From: a virus
Lineage: Duplodnaviria > Caudoviricetes
Direction: 5' to 3' (one strand)
Virus record (IMG/VR): IMGVR_UViG_3300027847_001698
Length of the DNA stretch: 64,000 bases
A program made the position numbers and the translations under genes. The notes beneath the pieces were generated by a model. The model ran no database searches. It was not told the DNA's origin and saw only the letters and a program-made list of their open reading frames with translations. The stretch's first letter is position 1, and each line of letters opens with the position of its first letter. Positions 9,749 to 20,020 of this stretch are shown in pieces.

Positions 9749-11214
9749 TGTTAACTGATCAAATTTTAAATATCATATGTATCGCATGTACATGTGAGAG
9801 TAAAAACTTTAACACTGAAATTGGTAGAAACTGCAGTGGGATATTAAAGTTTTATGATAATGATAGGGACGAAGAAATACCTCAAATTTCTTCTCTGAAA
9901 TATCAATTTGCAAAAACTGCTGCGAAATTGAAACAGGATGGGTTAACAGTTGATACTATATTAGATAGTATTAAAAGCACAAGAAAATTTGATTCATTAT
10001 CTAGTTATATTTCTATACTTGAACAAAGAGATACAACTAATTTAGAAGCACAAAAGATTTGTGAAGCAATCAAGAAAAAGAAAATGTTTTTATCTTCTAT
10101 GCATAATTTTGGGGATTTAAGAAATTTTGTGGAAACATATGAAACTGATGGGTTTAATAGTACACATGACGCAATGGATAATTACGGCAAAGTCATAACT
10201 GATATGTATTCTACATATAGTACAGAGAAGAGGAATGAAAATGTATCATCCCTTAGATCATTAGATTTTAGATCAGATGGATATGAAAATGTATTTGGCC
10301 AGATTAAAGAAAATTACTCACAGAAAAATTCAGTCCCATCTGGCTTTGGTCAAATGGACAGATGTATGAACAATGGGTTTGAACCAGGAAGATTATATAT
10401 CTTTGGGGGTATTCCTAATGATGGAAAGTCAACACTATTGATGAACTTTTGTAAAAACGCAATGTCAACCAGACGAAGAACTTCAGATGAAATTGATATC
10501 TATGTGTATATTACGTTAGAAAACTTTATAGATGAAAGTTTCCTTAGATTGTATAGTTCACTTAGAGGAACTCCCATCAAAAAGATATTAGCGAATTATG
10601 ATGATGAAAAATCAAATTGTGTATCTATATTCAAAGATATACAAGAAACAAACAATACCTGCTTGGATATGGCATATTTTCCACCAGCTAGTATTGCTGT
10701 TCCTGATATAACAATGTATCTAAAAGAAGTAGAAGAACGATATGAAGGAAAAGCAAAGATTCGTTGTCTGTATATTGATTATCTTGATTTATTGAGATCA
10801 GGAAAAACATTTGATATGCACCGTTTGGAATTAGGACAAGTTACTATTGATTTAAAAGTATTAGCATCAGCTATGCAAATACCAGTTGTTACATTGACTC
10901 AGTTGAATAGAGCTGCTTATAACAAGAAAGAAGGTCTTGGACTTGATATGGTAGGAGAATCAATTAAGAAGGTTGAACACGCTGACTTTTTTGGACTTAT
11001 TCGACATGAAGAAGATCCTAAAGATGTATATCAACAAAATGCAACTGGGAATGGAACAATGAATATTCATATTGGTAAAAACAGAAGTGGTCCTAAAAAT
11101 AAAACAATTTCATTGAGAACTGATTTTTCTACTTATTCGATCATAGATATGGACCGAAAAGATACTATGGAATTTGAAGATGTTGATGTAGATGCAAGCG
11201 ATAACATTTTGTAA
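9748..11214 (+). CDS. DnaB/gp41-like replicative helicase
   Basis: Walker A GIPNDGKS, Walker B LYIDYLD, TLTQLNR, ESIKKVEHAD, GKNRSG. Confidence 0.92.
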   Translation: MLTDQILNIICIACTCESKNFNTEIGRNCSGILKFYDNDRDEEIPQISSLKYQFAKTAAKLKQDGLTVDTILDSIKSTRKFDSLSSYISILEQRDTTNLEAQKICEAIKKKKMFLSSMHNFGDLRNFVETYETDGFNSTHDAMDNYGKVITDMYSTYSTEKRNENVSSLRSLDFRSDGYENVFGQIKENYSQKNSVPSGFGQMDRCMNNGFEPGRLYIFGGIPNDGKSTLLMNFCKNAMSTRRRTSDEIDIYVYITLENFIDESFLRLYSSLRGTPIKKILANYDDEKSNCVSIFKDIQETNNTCLDMAYFPPASIAVPDITMYLKEVEERYEGKAKIRCLYIDYLDLLRSGKTFDMHRLELGQVTIDLKVLASAMQIPVVTLTQLNRAAYNKKEGLGLDMVGESIKKVEHADFFGLIRHEEDPKDVYQQNATGNGTMNIHIGKNRSGPKNKTISLRTDFSTYSIIDMDRKDTMEFEDVDVDASDNIL

Positions 11215-11281
11215 AATCTTGTGAATAAAGGGTAAAATATAAACCCCCTATATAATATTATTAGGAGTAATAAAGACAACT

Positions 11282-12775
11282 ATGAGTAAAAATAAAAACG
11301 CAAAAATAAAGAATCCTTACCTGCAAATGGTGAAGGAAAGTTTGGTACAGATAGATAAGACCACGGTTCACAAAGGCCCAGTCGAAAATCTTATATCATT
11401 TACAGGAAAAGGCGAACTTGAAACAAGCAAGCCGGTAAAGGATGTTGTTAGTATTTTAGAAAGAATGTATGCTTTAGAAGAAATGGATGAGCCAACCGTC
11501 GCTGCAGGGCAAGGTCCTGGTGATGCGGATCCAGAGAACTCGGAAGCTGAAGAACAAGACCTAGCTGATATTGCTAATGTAGGAATAGGTAATAAGCCAA
11601 ATGGTTCGCAACCAGAAGGATTCAATGCAAATGCAGTGGATTCTGATGATTCCACTTCTGATAGTAGAGAAGCATCAGAAAAGTTCAAAGAAGAAGCAAT
11701 TGAACTATTCGAAATGGATGCTCTTCCGGATGTAGAAACTGGGGACAATATAGCCCAAGGAAATGCACCTGGGGATACTTTAGGAGATGAACAAGACGAA
11801 CTTGATTATGATGAGGATGAGGATGATGATACTTCAATGAAAAATGAAGGAGCAGATCCTGTTCTTCCTACCGCAGATGATAGTGATGATGACGATGACG
11901 ATGATGATAAAGATGATGATAAAGATGATGATGATGATGATGATGATGTTGATCTTGAATCTCTAGAAGAAGAAGGATTCGACTTTGAACCAACTCTTGA
12001 AGAAATGGAACTTTTTGAGACGGATGATGATAAAGATGATGACGATGATGATGACGACGATGACGATGATGATGACGATGATAATGATGATGATGATGAT
12101 GATGATAAAGATGATAATGATGATGATGATATTCTTGAATCTCTCGAAGGAGAAGATAAAGATGACGATGATGACGATGAAGATAAAGAAGAAGATAAAG
12201 AAGATGACGGTGATGATCAGGTAGATCTAAAGGTACCTGCCATTGACACTGACACTGATGATGATGATGATGATGTGAATGAAATGGATTATGAGATGGA
12301 TTATGAGATGGGTGATGCAGATGATGATGATGAAGCAAACCTAGATTCAGAACCATCTAAATTAGAAGATGAAACTGGAATGGAAGAAGAACCTGTAGGT
12401 ACTACAGAATTAGACCTTCCAACTGGTGAAGATGAAGATGATGATGATGAAATTCCAGGCGATGACGATGATGACGATGATGAACCAACTCTCGGAGAAG
12501 ATATCTATGAAGATGTTTTAGGTGAGATGGATGAAGATAACGCTGCTGATATTGAAGGTCCTGATGGTAAGGAATTACCAGATGAAGAAATTAATGAAGA
12601 CGAAGCAGGGCCAGCGTCTCTAGAAAACGTTATCATTGCAAGAAAAGAAATTGAAGAAAGTATTGTTGATCGTTTAATTAGAGAAATGGAAAGTTTCTCT
12701 GATGATGCAGAAAGATTATCTGAATCTACTGATGATCTTGATGATCTCGAATTCGGTGACATGTTCAACGACTAA
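11282..12775 (+). CDS. Extremely acidic prohead core/scaffold-like protein
   Basis: Asp/Glu-dominated 497 aa, many L/I-x-E sites, upstream of the portal gene. Confidence 0.6.
   Translation: MSKNKNAKIKNPYLQMVKESLVQIDKTTVHKGPVENLISFTGKGELETSKPVKDVVSILERMYALEEMDEPTVAAGQGPGDADPENSEAEEQDLADIANVGIGNKPNGSQPEGFNANAVDSDDSTSDSREASEKFKEEAIELFEMDALPDVETGDNIAQGNAPGDTLGDEQDELDYDEDEDDDTSMKNEGADPVLPTADDSDDDDDDDDKDDDKDDDDDDDDVDLESLEEEGFDFEPTLEEMELFETDDDKDDDDDDDDDDDDDDDDNDDDDDDDKDDNDDDDILESLEGEDKDDDDDDEDKEEDKEDDGDDQVDLKVPAIDTDTDDDDDDVNEMDYEMDYEMGDADDDDEANLDSEPSKLEDETGMEEEPVGTTELDLPTGEDEDDDDEIPGDDDDDDDEPTLGEDIYEDVLGEMDEDNAADIEGPDGKELPDEEINEDEAGPASLENVIIARKEIEESIVDRLIREMESFSDDAERLSESTDDLDDLEFGDMFND
11878..12200 (+). 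repeat. (GAT/GAC)n poly-Asp trinucleotide tract
   Basis: Long GATGATGAC runs encoding D-rich stretches. Confidence 0.9.
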
Positions 12776-12787
12776 GGGATATTAAAT

Positions 12788-12829
12788 AAAAAAATAAGAA
12801 AGAGTTTAATAGATTCTTTCTTATTTTTT
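12788..12829 (+). terminator. Intrinsic terminator
   Basis: AAAAAATAAGAAAGA / TTCTTTCTTATTTTT inverted repeat after the scaffold gene. Confidence 0.7.
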
Positions 12830-12913
12830 AAGGAAGTTAAATCCATAATACTTGGAATTTAAGAACAAAAAAATAAATGGAACTACAATTGAATCTATAT
12901 ACTGGAGTAGGAA

Positions 12914-13252
12914 ATGTCAGAACGGAAATTGATTTTATATCAAGTAAATTCTAGTAAACCCATTGTCATAACTGATAATGAACAGGTTAAAACTAAAATT
13001 GAAGACATATTAGTCATCATAAGAAATGCCTTAAAATCCCCGACAAATAGTTTATTTGAATTAATAAATCAAAAAGATTATTTAGGATTTAAGACTCAAG
13101 AAATAGCAGGATTCATGTTATCATCTGACAGTATGTTATCTGTTGATCTTCAAATGGATGACACTTCTAAAATCGAAGTTACACCTATACAAGAAGAATC
13201 CGCAAAGCAGGATGACTATCAAACTGAATTGGTAATTGAAGATGTTGACTGA
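12914..13252 (+). CDS. Hypothetical protein
   Basis: 112-aa ORF; GAACAAA motif at 12863. Confidence 0.65.
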   Translation: MSERKLILYQVNSSKPIVITDNEQVKTKIEDILVIIRNALKSPTNSLFELINQKDYLGFKTQEIAGFMLSSDSMLSVDLQMDDTSKIEVTPIQEESAKQDDYQTELVIEDVD

Positions 13253-13682
13253 ACTTCTTATTCTTGTATGTCTCATATTGATATACTACCAAGTAGCAAC
13301 CTTTCTTAGTAGAAAGGATAGACGTGATTTGATTATTAATAATAAATCATATTATGATATTATTGATAAAATATTAGATACTGCATATGAAAGTATATAT
13401 AAGGATCAAATAGTTCCATATTCTACATCTGGAATGACGCCCAATGATGACCAGTTGGAAACAACTAAACGTAACTGTGTAAAATTATTTATTCAATTAT
13501 GTGGACCTTCAATACATGAAGATTTAATAAATTTCTATGGATCAGAAACAAGTATAGTCGAAACTATACTTTTGAAGATGCAAGAAAAAATGGATAGTGA
13601 CGAAATTCTGGACTTAGCTAGACGTATGAAAAACAATGAAGACAATCCCGAAACTCCAGCTCTTATAAAGGATACTGAATAA
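13236..13682 (+). CDS. Hypothetical protein with an N-terminal transmembrane helix
   Basis: LLILVCLILIYYQV hydrophobic N-terminus. Confidence 0.65.
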   Translation: MKMLTELLILVCLILIYYQVATFLSRKDRRDLIINNKSYYDIIDKILDTAYESIYKDQIVPYSTSGMTPNDDQLETTKRNCVKLFIQLCGPSIHEDLINFYGSETSIVETILLKMQEKMDSDEILDLARRMKNNEDNPETPALIKDTE

Positions 13683-13684
13683 TA

Positions 13685-15775
13685 ATGGCCGATGCAAGCG
13701 TAACAAAACTATACAATATACTAAAGAATAGGATTGTTGGAACTAGGACTTCGGATGTCGATACCCAAATAGATACAGCTTTACAGTCTATCAAAAAGGT
13801 AAGTCAACAACAATCTACTAATTCGTACATGGATGTGTTTAAGGATTTAGTACATAAGGTAGGTGGTCCTGAGACAGATGATTTTCTAAAAGATATGGAT
13901 CAATCTACTGGTATTGACACTTATCAGCAAGGTGAAAGAATTTCACGTTATCACGAATATGAAGCAATTGTTTCTAATATATCCTATTGTAAAAGAGCGT
14001 TAAAGGTTTTAGTTGATAATATTTTATCTCCTGATGATATTACAAAAAGATCTTTACAAATAATAGTCGATGAAGAACTTTCAGACACTAATAAAGTAAG
14101 TGAAAATGATTCAATTGCAATTTCCAGATTACATGAAATTAGACGTGAAACTAAAATAGAGAAGCATTTAGAGTTTCTTACTTCTGTAACTATGAAAAAG
14201 GGAGACTTCTTTATAGAGCTTACCCATTCCCCTAAAGGTGAAAATGCGTTTTCTGTTGTTACTGAAGGTGTAGACAGCACAGATGATGCAGATTCTCTTG
14301 TTCAATTTGGGGTTGTAGATGTACCAGAATCAAAAAATGATGGAGATGTACCATTAAATTCTAGTAAAATCATTTTATATGAATATTCACCACCTGGAAG
14401 TTTGGGGGGAGCATTAGGTGGTCGTCCTCCAATTGTAACAGGAGCTGCGTCAGATGGAGCATTTAGATCAACTTCTAAAAAGGCCAGTACTACATCTAGA
14501 TCGAAATCTCCTCAACAGGTGAACACTGAAGAACCAGAAGAAAAATTCAAGAAGAAGAAAAAGTTTACTGCTACACATGATGAAACTTTAGGCAACAATA
14601 AACTAGCAGAACTTAAAGATATATTTATTGCATTTCATGATCCCAAATATGTAATACGGTTAGAAACTGAAAGATTTAGAATATGTTTAGGGTATCTTGT
14701 TTTCCCTAAAGTTGATATGTCCGGAATGCAAATCGGAACATATTCTGCTCAATCGTCAGATGTTGATACTATCTGTGCTAACATTGTAAAACAATTACAA
14801 GATAGAATGTCATCAGGACGAGATGTACTGTCCTCTAATGGTGATCTCAGAGATGTTGTATCTGGTTACTTGAAAGTCATTAAAGATAATGAAGATTTAA
14901 AAGTTAGATATGTTCCCCCCCACATGATGTCCCATTGGAGGATGAATGCTGATAAATTTGATCCTTATGGTGAAAGTATATTTGACAGTGTTAAGTTTGA
15001 TTGCAAGCTTCTCATGGCTTTAAAAACTGCTGTAACTATTAAGCGTCTAACTAGTGCAACAGATAAACGTGTTATTTCAGTAGAAACAGGTCTTCCTCGA
15101 AATGCCAAAAATTTAGTTGAAATGGTCAGAGAAGGATTGAGAAAGAGAAAGATATCTGTTGATAACTTTGGGAGTGTTGATACTATTCCATCTCATATTA
15201 CAACATTTGAAGATATTTATATTCCTATGAGGGATGGAAAGAAATTTGTAGAATTTGAGAATATTCAATTTGGACCAGATCCCCAACAGGATATTGAGCC
15301 TTTAAAATTTATGAGAGATAATATTGTAGGAAATCTACATGTTCCTGCGCCATTCTTAGGGATAGAGGAAAACACCTCTAATAGAGCATTATTGACAGTT
15401 GAAAATATAATGTTCGCACGAACTATAATTTCTTACCAACGAGAGTTTTCAGAGTTACTTAAAGATCTATTTCAAAAAATCTATACATTAGTATATACGG
15501 ATGTAGAAATGATTGATGGTATCAAAATCACATTTCCCCCACCAAAGGCTAGTCCATATGAACACCAAATGGAATACTTAGAGCAGGCTCAGAGAATTAT
15601 TGAATCTTTAGCTACATTAGGTGTATCTAAAACATGGGCCAAAAAGAAGTATTTACCTGATTTCCCATGGGATGAAATTGATAAAGCAACTGCTTCAGAT
15701 AGAACCAGAGAAGCAATTAATGTAGAAAAATCTGAAGATGGAGGAATGGGTGGCGGGTTTGGTGGTGGCTATTAA
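13685..15775 (+). CDS. Portal vertex protein (T4 gp20-like)
   Basis: PYGESIFD...TIKRLTSATDKRVISVETG.PR, EDIYIPMRDG, FMRDNIVGNLHVP match the gp20 pattern; head-module context. Confidence 0.88.
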   Translation: MADASVTKLYNILKNRIVGTRTSDVDTQIDTALQSIKKVSQQQSTNSYMDVFKDLVHKVGGPETDDFLKDMDQSTGIDTYQQGERISRYHEYEAIVSNISYCKRALKVLVDNILSPDDITKRSLQIIVDEELSDTNKVSENDSIAISRLHEIRRETKIEKHLEFLTSVTMKKGDFFIELTHSPKGENAFSVVTEGVDSTDDADSLVQFGVVDVPESKNDGDVPLNSSKIILYEYSPPGSLGGALGGRPPIVTGAASDGAFRSTSKKASTTSRSKSPQQVNTEEPEEKFKKKKKFTATHDETLGNNKLAELKDIFIAFHDPKYVIRLETERFRICLGYLVFPKVDMSGMQIGTYSAQSSDVDTICANIVKQLQDRMSSGRDVLSSNGDLRDVVSGYLKVIKDNEDLKVRYVPPHMMSHWRMNADKFDPYGESIFDSVKFDCKLLMALKTAVTIKRLTSATDKRVISVETGLPRNAKNLVEMVREGLRKRKISVDNFGSVDTIPSHITTFEDIYIPMRDGKKFVEFENIQFGPDPQQDIEPLKFMRDNIVGNLHVPAPFLGIEENTSNRALLTVENIMFARTIISYQREFSELLKDLFQKIYTLVYTDVEMIDGIKITFPPPKASPYEHQMEYLEQAQRIIESLATLGVSKTWAKKKYLPDFPWDEIDKATASDRTREAINVEKSEDGGMGGGFGGGY

Positions 15776-15782
15776 TCTTTAG

Positions 15783-15807
15783 AAAAAAAGACCCAAGGTC
15801 TCTTTTT
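15783..15807. terminator. AAAAAGACC-loop-GGTCTCTTT terminator family, copy 1
   Basis: Hairpin flanked by A and T runs between convergent genes. Confidence 0.8.
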
Positions 15808-16054
15808 AATTTAACGAGTGGATGTTCAACTGGTTTAGAATCTTGTTATGGATTAGCCAATCAATTTGGCTGTTTGATAACCAGTATAGAATCCCCTGGT
15901 CAACGGTCGTTATTCGATTTGGTATTTCTGTGATAATTATTGACCCGGCTGAATTGAACGTTAGGAATGAAACTCCATTTGATTTGCAAATGAATCCCAA
16001 ATTAGTAACCTCCACAAACTCATCGATACTTTCACCAATGATTTCAACCTTCAT
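15806..16054 (-). CDS. Small hypothetical protein in an antisense cassette
   Basis: 82 aa, GGAG RBS, promoter motif at 16101-16119, terminator at its 3' end. Confidence 0.7.
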   Translation of the reverse strand: MKVEIIGESIDEFVEVTNLGFICKSNGVSFLTFNSAGSIIITEIPNRITTVDQGILYWLSNSQIDWLIHNKILNQLNIHSLN

Positions 16055-16100
16055 GGCAACTCCTGTTTTGGAAATTGAGGTTCAATTGCTATTTCTTATA

Positions 16101-16119
16101 AATTAATATATATAGACAA
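16101..16119 (-). promoter_or_regulatory. Recurring phage promoter motif TTGTCTATATATATTAATT
   Basis: The same motif precedes many minus-strand genes, and one plus-strand gene at 61891. Confidence 0.7.
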
Positions 16120-16167
16120 ATATTCTATATTAATAACTTGTTAAAGAACAAAATTTAAAGACAATAA

Positions 16168-16713
16168 ATGAAAAATTTCTTAACGCGATCTAATGAACTA
16201 AAAGAACATTACTATCTAGACTCTTTGCATGAGGCAGATGATGAAGCAGGAGAAGAAGTCGAAGAAGCTCCTCCTGAAGAAGAAGAAGTCCCGGAAGGAG
16301 AGCAAATGCAACCTGAGGTAGGGGCAGAAGGAGAAGCTATTCCTGGAGAAGAAGGAACGATGGATCCAGGAATGGGCGGAGATCCTGCTATGGGTGGTGG
16401 CGGTTTTGGTGAAATGTCAGGGGAAGAAATTAAAACGCCATCTGAATTGGGTAGAATCTATGAACTTAACAAGATATATGATCGTTTATATTTGATAAAT
16501 AAGTTTCTAGAGAATAATCCAGATCATAAATTAATAAAACTTAGAAAGATGGTGGGTGAATCATTCTCAATATTCAGACTAGTATTAAATAATTTACCTA
16601 GTTTTAAAGATAAAATTGATGAAGTAATTTTGGTATACTATCAATTTATATCAAGTGTAGTATTAATGTTAGAAAAATACATGAAAAAGAAATCAAGTAA
16701 ACAAAAAGAATAG
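16168..16713 (+). CDS. Head-module protein with an acidic N-terminus
   Basis: E-rich region after an SLHE/A putative cleavage site; lies between portal and protease. Confidence 0.65.
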   Translation: MKNFLTRSNELKEHYYLDSLHEADDEAGEEVEEAPPEEEEVPEGEQMQPEVGAEGEAIPGEEGTMDPGMGGDPAMGGGGFGEMSGEEIKTPSELGRIYELNKIYDRLYLINKFLENNPDHKLIKLRKMVGESFSIFRLVLNNLPSFKDKIDEVILVYYQFISSVVLMLEKYMKKKSSKQKE

Positions 16714-16734
16714 GAAAAACACAGGCATATCATT

Positions 16735-17391
16735 ATGGTTAGATCAATACAAGAAAGTGCTGTTTTTTCTCAACCTGAAAAAATTAAAAAATATACTGAC
16801 GGCAAAGTCGTATTTGAAACATATCTTCAAGAAGCTGAAGAGCAAAATCAGAATAAGAGAGTTTATCCTAAAAATGTATTAGATGAAGGATTAAATCGAA
16901 TATCTGAAAAAGTAGCAAGTAGAAGCTTCTTAGGGGAATTGGATCATCCAATTTCTAAAGATCAAGTTCGCCAAACTACAGTATTATATTCTCAAGTAAG
17001 TCATATTATTAGAGAAGCTGGTTGGGAAGGGAACTTATTGAAGGGCGTGTTAGAAACAACTCCTTATACGTCTAATGGAAAAGCTCTATCTGGCTTAATA
17101 TTGGATAAAGTTAATGTTGGTTTCTCTCTCAGAGGATTAGCTGATGTTCAAGACAATGGAAAGAATCAAATGGTGATGTCGCCATTGATTATGATTGCAT
17201 ATGATGCAGTTAGTGAACCATCCAATGTAAAGGCTACAATCCAAGAAGTTCGTAACGAACAATTAATTCAAGTTGTAAATGAGTCTAAAAACATGATTTG
17301 TACAAGTGATGGAAAATGTTTTCTTCCAGATTACTTTGATATGCTGATTGAAAAGAATATAATTAACTTAAGAAGGAAATACTGGCAATAA
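16735..17391 (+). CDS. Prohead core protease (T4 gp21-like)
   Basis: LQEAE..NQNKRVYP, LGELDHP, VSHII, GFSLRG, AYDAVSEPS. Confidence 0.92.
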   Translation: MVRSIQESAVFSQPEKIKKYTDGKVVFETYLQEAEEQNQNKRVYPKNVLDEGLNRISEKVASRSFLGELDHPISKDQVRQTTVLYSQVSHIIREAGWEGNLLKGVLETTPYTSNGKALSGLILDKVNVGFSLRGLADVQDNGKNQMVMSPLIMIAYDAVSEPSNVKATIQEVRNEQLIQVVNESKNMICTSDGKCFLPDYFDMLIEKNIINLRRKYWQ

Positions 17392-17401
17392 AGTTTAGCT
17401 A

Positions 17402-18181
17402 ATGAATAATAATTTTATAATATGTAATTTTATATTAAATGAATCTTCATCTATTAAAGATTTTTTTAAAAATCTTGGTAGCGGAATAGCAATCTCTGCA
17501 AAAACTCAAGCATTTTTAGCTTATAATATTCCGAAAATTATCCTAAAAAATCTAAAATCCACAGAGAAATCTCCAAAGAAAACTTTAAATGAAATTAGTA
17601 AGTTATTAGATAAAGCTGCAAAAGATATCAAAAATAAAACTGATACCAAAACAAAGAATATTGTAGATATTGTAACAACTATAACACTTCTGGGATTTAT
17701 TTCTGGTATTTTTTTCGCTATAAATGCGGCATATGTTAGAATGGCAATGAATAAATGGACGGAAAAAGCACTTCGAGATGATACTCTTGAAGATACTCCA
17801 GGTAGAGATACAATATTATATATAAATAAAATTTTAGTTTATTCTATGAATGTATTAATTGCCCCTGCATTAGAAGAATTATCTAGGAATATATATGCTC
17901 GCCAAGGAAAAAGTTTTTTATATGGCCATATATTGAATATATTAGAATTGTGGCAAGCATTTGGCACAAATAGAAGATTAATAGGAGGGAGTAGCATGAG
18001 TGTTATAAAAGGAAGAATTGCTCCTACTGCGGGCCATTATGTTTTCAGTGCTGTTCAAGATAAATTAACTAAGCAGGGTCATCCTAATCTTGGCTTTTTA
18101 TGCGCTTTCATTTTACATGCATCTGGTAACTTTGTACAAGTCACTCGAGCTTTTAAGGATGGGGGAATAGTTGTAGCCTAA
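17402..18181 (+). CDS. CPBP/PrsW-family intramembrane glutamic protease
   Basis: PALEELSR (EExxR), NILE, AGHYVF and LHASGN (HxxxN) motifs within hydrophobic helices. Confidence 0.65.
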   Translation: MNNNFIICNFILNESSSIKDFFKNLGSGIAISAKTQAFLAYNIPKIILKNLKSTEKSPKKTLNEISKLLDKAAKDIKNKTDTKTKNIVDIVTTITLLGFISGIFFAINAAYVRMAMNKWTEKALRDDTLEDTPGRDTILYINKILVYSMNVLIAPALEELSRNIYARQGKSFLYGHILNILELWQAFGTNRRLIGGSSMSVIKGRIAPTAGHYVFSAVQDKLTKQGHPNLGFLCAFILHASGNFVQVTRAFKDGGIVVA

Positions 18182-18262
18182 AACTATTTATTATCTAACA
18201 AACTAGAACAAAACATTAATAAAGATTAAATTATAAATTACTTTATGGAGAAGTAACAAAAA

Positions 18263-19141
18263 ATGTTAACTAAAAAAGATCGCAAAGATTTAAGATGGGC
18301 AATGAAGGTTGCACTTCTTGAACAATCAAAGAAAATAGAAGACGCCGAAGCAAAACAGATAGTTGTTGAATTTGTAAAACATGAAGCCACTTATGAACAG
18401 CTTCTAAATCTCACATTCAACCCATTTGATAGCGAACAGGTATACGCCGAGAGTAGAGTATTAGAGAACGTTGCTATGGTTGGCATATACAATCTAAACT
18501 ACGGCAAGAAGGCTTTAATGGAAGCCTACAATGCTACTGGTATTGATGGTATTACTGATGGTAACTTATCTGTATATCTAGAAGGTCTAGGTTTATCAAG
18601 GAAAGAACGGACTATAACCAAAGCAGCACATAAGGTAATGAAGTATGATCGTGTTGCTAAAAATTGGATGCAGTCTGTTAGAGAAGAATATGTGACAGCG
18701 TTTGACAAGAAGAAAGCTGGAGCAAGTCAAGGTCGTTTAAGAAAATTAGCTACTGCTGCAAAAAAGAACGCTGGAGACTTTACAACTAGATCTAAAGCCG
18801 CATTTAACAAGGCTCGGAAATCAACTGGAGAGCAGGCAGCAAAACTCAAAGTACGAGCATCGACGTATGCAACCAAATCGAAAGAATGGACCAAGAGAGC
18901 AGCAAAGTATACGAAGGATGCATCAATAGTTGGTGCAAAGAAAATTACTCCAAAAACCAAAAAGGGCAAAGTGGGTGCAGGTATAGGACTAGCAGCAACG
19001 GCTGCTGCTGGGTTATATGCATATAAAAAGAGAAAGAATAAAGGAGAAACTAAAACCGAATCAGCTTCCATAGTGGCAGAATGTTTTAGAAGAAATGGTT
19101 TAAACGCTTCATATTGGGAAAACGTTGTAACTTATTCCTAA
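18263..19141 (+). CDS. Lys/Ala-rich putative internal head protein
   Basis: Basic low-complexity C-half, GAGIGLAATAAAGLYAYKKRK segment, L-x-E sites near the N-terminus. Confidence 0.6.
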   Translation: MLTKKDRKDLRWAMKVALLEQSKKIEDAEAKQIVVEFVKHEATYEQLLNLTFNPFDSEQVYAESRVLENVAMVGIYNLNYGKKALMEAYNATGIDGITDGNLSVYLEGLGLSRKERTITKAAHKVMKYDRVAKNWMQSVREEYVTAFDKKKAGASQGRLRKLATAAKKNAGDFTTRSKAAFNKARKSTGEQAAKLKVRASTYATKSKEWTKRAAKYTKDASIVGAKKITPKTKKGKVGAGIGLAATAAAGLYAYKKRKNKGETKTESASIVAECFRRNGLNASYWENVVTYS

Positions 19142-19178
19142 AAAAATAAGTTCTATTTTTTTACTTCTCCAGTAACTT

Positions 19179-19221
19179 ACCCGGAGGCTTGCATTAAAGT
19201 TGTGAGTCTTCGGGTTTTTTT
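19179..19221 (+). terminator. Intrinsic terminator
   Basis: ACCCGGAGGCTTGC / GTGAGTCTTCGGGT stem with G-U pairs, then a T run. Confidence 0.8.
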
Positions 19222-19260
19222 GCGTAATAAAACAATTTAACAATAATCGAGATTAGATAA

Positions 19261-19650
19261 ATGTCAGACGCGACAACATTACTTGAAGGAATATTAGAAG
19301 AAAAACTCTTTACAAAATCTAAAATGGACTTCTATTGGGAAGAACTTCCCGCTATAATGGAAGCACTCAAGAAAGCACAGAAGTTTGTAAACAAATATAA
19401 AGAAGCAGCTAAAAAACTAGATAAAGACGACGATAATATTGATGATGTAGTTATTGAAGTTCAGATTGTATCTAATTCTTTACTTAGAAATATATTAGAT
19501 ACAAGAAAAGAAAAAAAGCAAGGAAAATCTAAAAGTTTCGCTTTTTCTGGAGAAGTTAATGTTATGGATGCTAATAGAGTAGTTCCTGGGTTACTAAACC
19601 CTGATTACAGAATTGCAACAATTCCATATAAAGGTCATACTCCCAGCTAA
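19261..19650 (+). CDS. Hypothetical head-module protein
   Basis: 129 aa, LLE/ILEE near the N-terminus. Confidence 0.65.
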   Translation: MSDATTLLEGILEEKLFTKSKMDFYWEELPAIMEALKKAQKFVNKYKEAAKKLDKDDDNIDDVVIEVQIVSNSLLRNILDTRKEKKQGKSKSFAFSGEVNVMDANRVVPGLLNPDYRIATIPYKGHTPS

Positions 19651-19723
19651 ACCCTATTTCAAAATATCTCTAAGATTTATATAAAGCACATTACATATCC
19701 GCATCTAAAACAAAGGTTTACAT

Positions 19724-20020
19724 ATGCAAATGAAATTAGATTCATTAAGTTATAAATTTGGAGAACAAATAAATAATCCCTTATTTATAGATACTATAAA
19801 AGATATACTATCCCAAGATCAATATGGACTTTTGAACTTAAGGGTCAAAAGAACATTGAATAAAAAATCTAAGAGATATCAATTACAGATCGATAAGATG
19901 ATTGAAGTCAATCAAGCCGCAAAAACTAAAACTGATGAATTAAAAAAGAAGCTATTAGCTTTAAAAGCTAGTAACGAAACCGAACTCGAAAAATTAAAAG
20001 ATATTATATATGCAGGCTAA
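19724..20020 (+). CDS. Hypothetical coiled-coil protein
   Basis: 98-aa ORF in the head module. Confidence 0.6.
   Translation: MQMKLDSLSYKFGEQINNPLFIDTIKDILSQDQYGLLNLRVKRTLNKKSKRYQLQIDKMIEVNQAAKTKTDELKKKLLALKASNETELEKLKDIIYAG

Noticed and set aside
11868-12356. His-rich (-) and Met-rich (+) ORFs
   Set aside because: Alternative-frame shadows of the (GAT)n poly-Asp tract.
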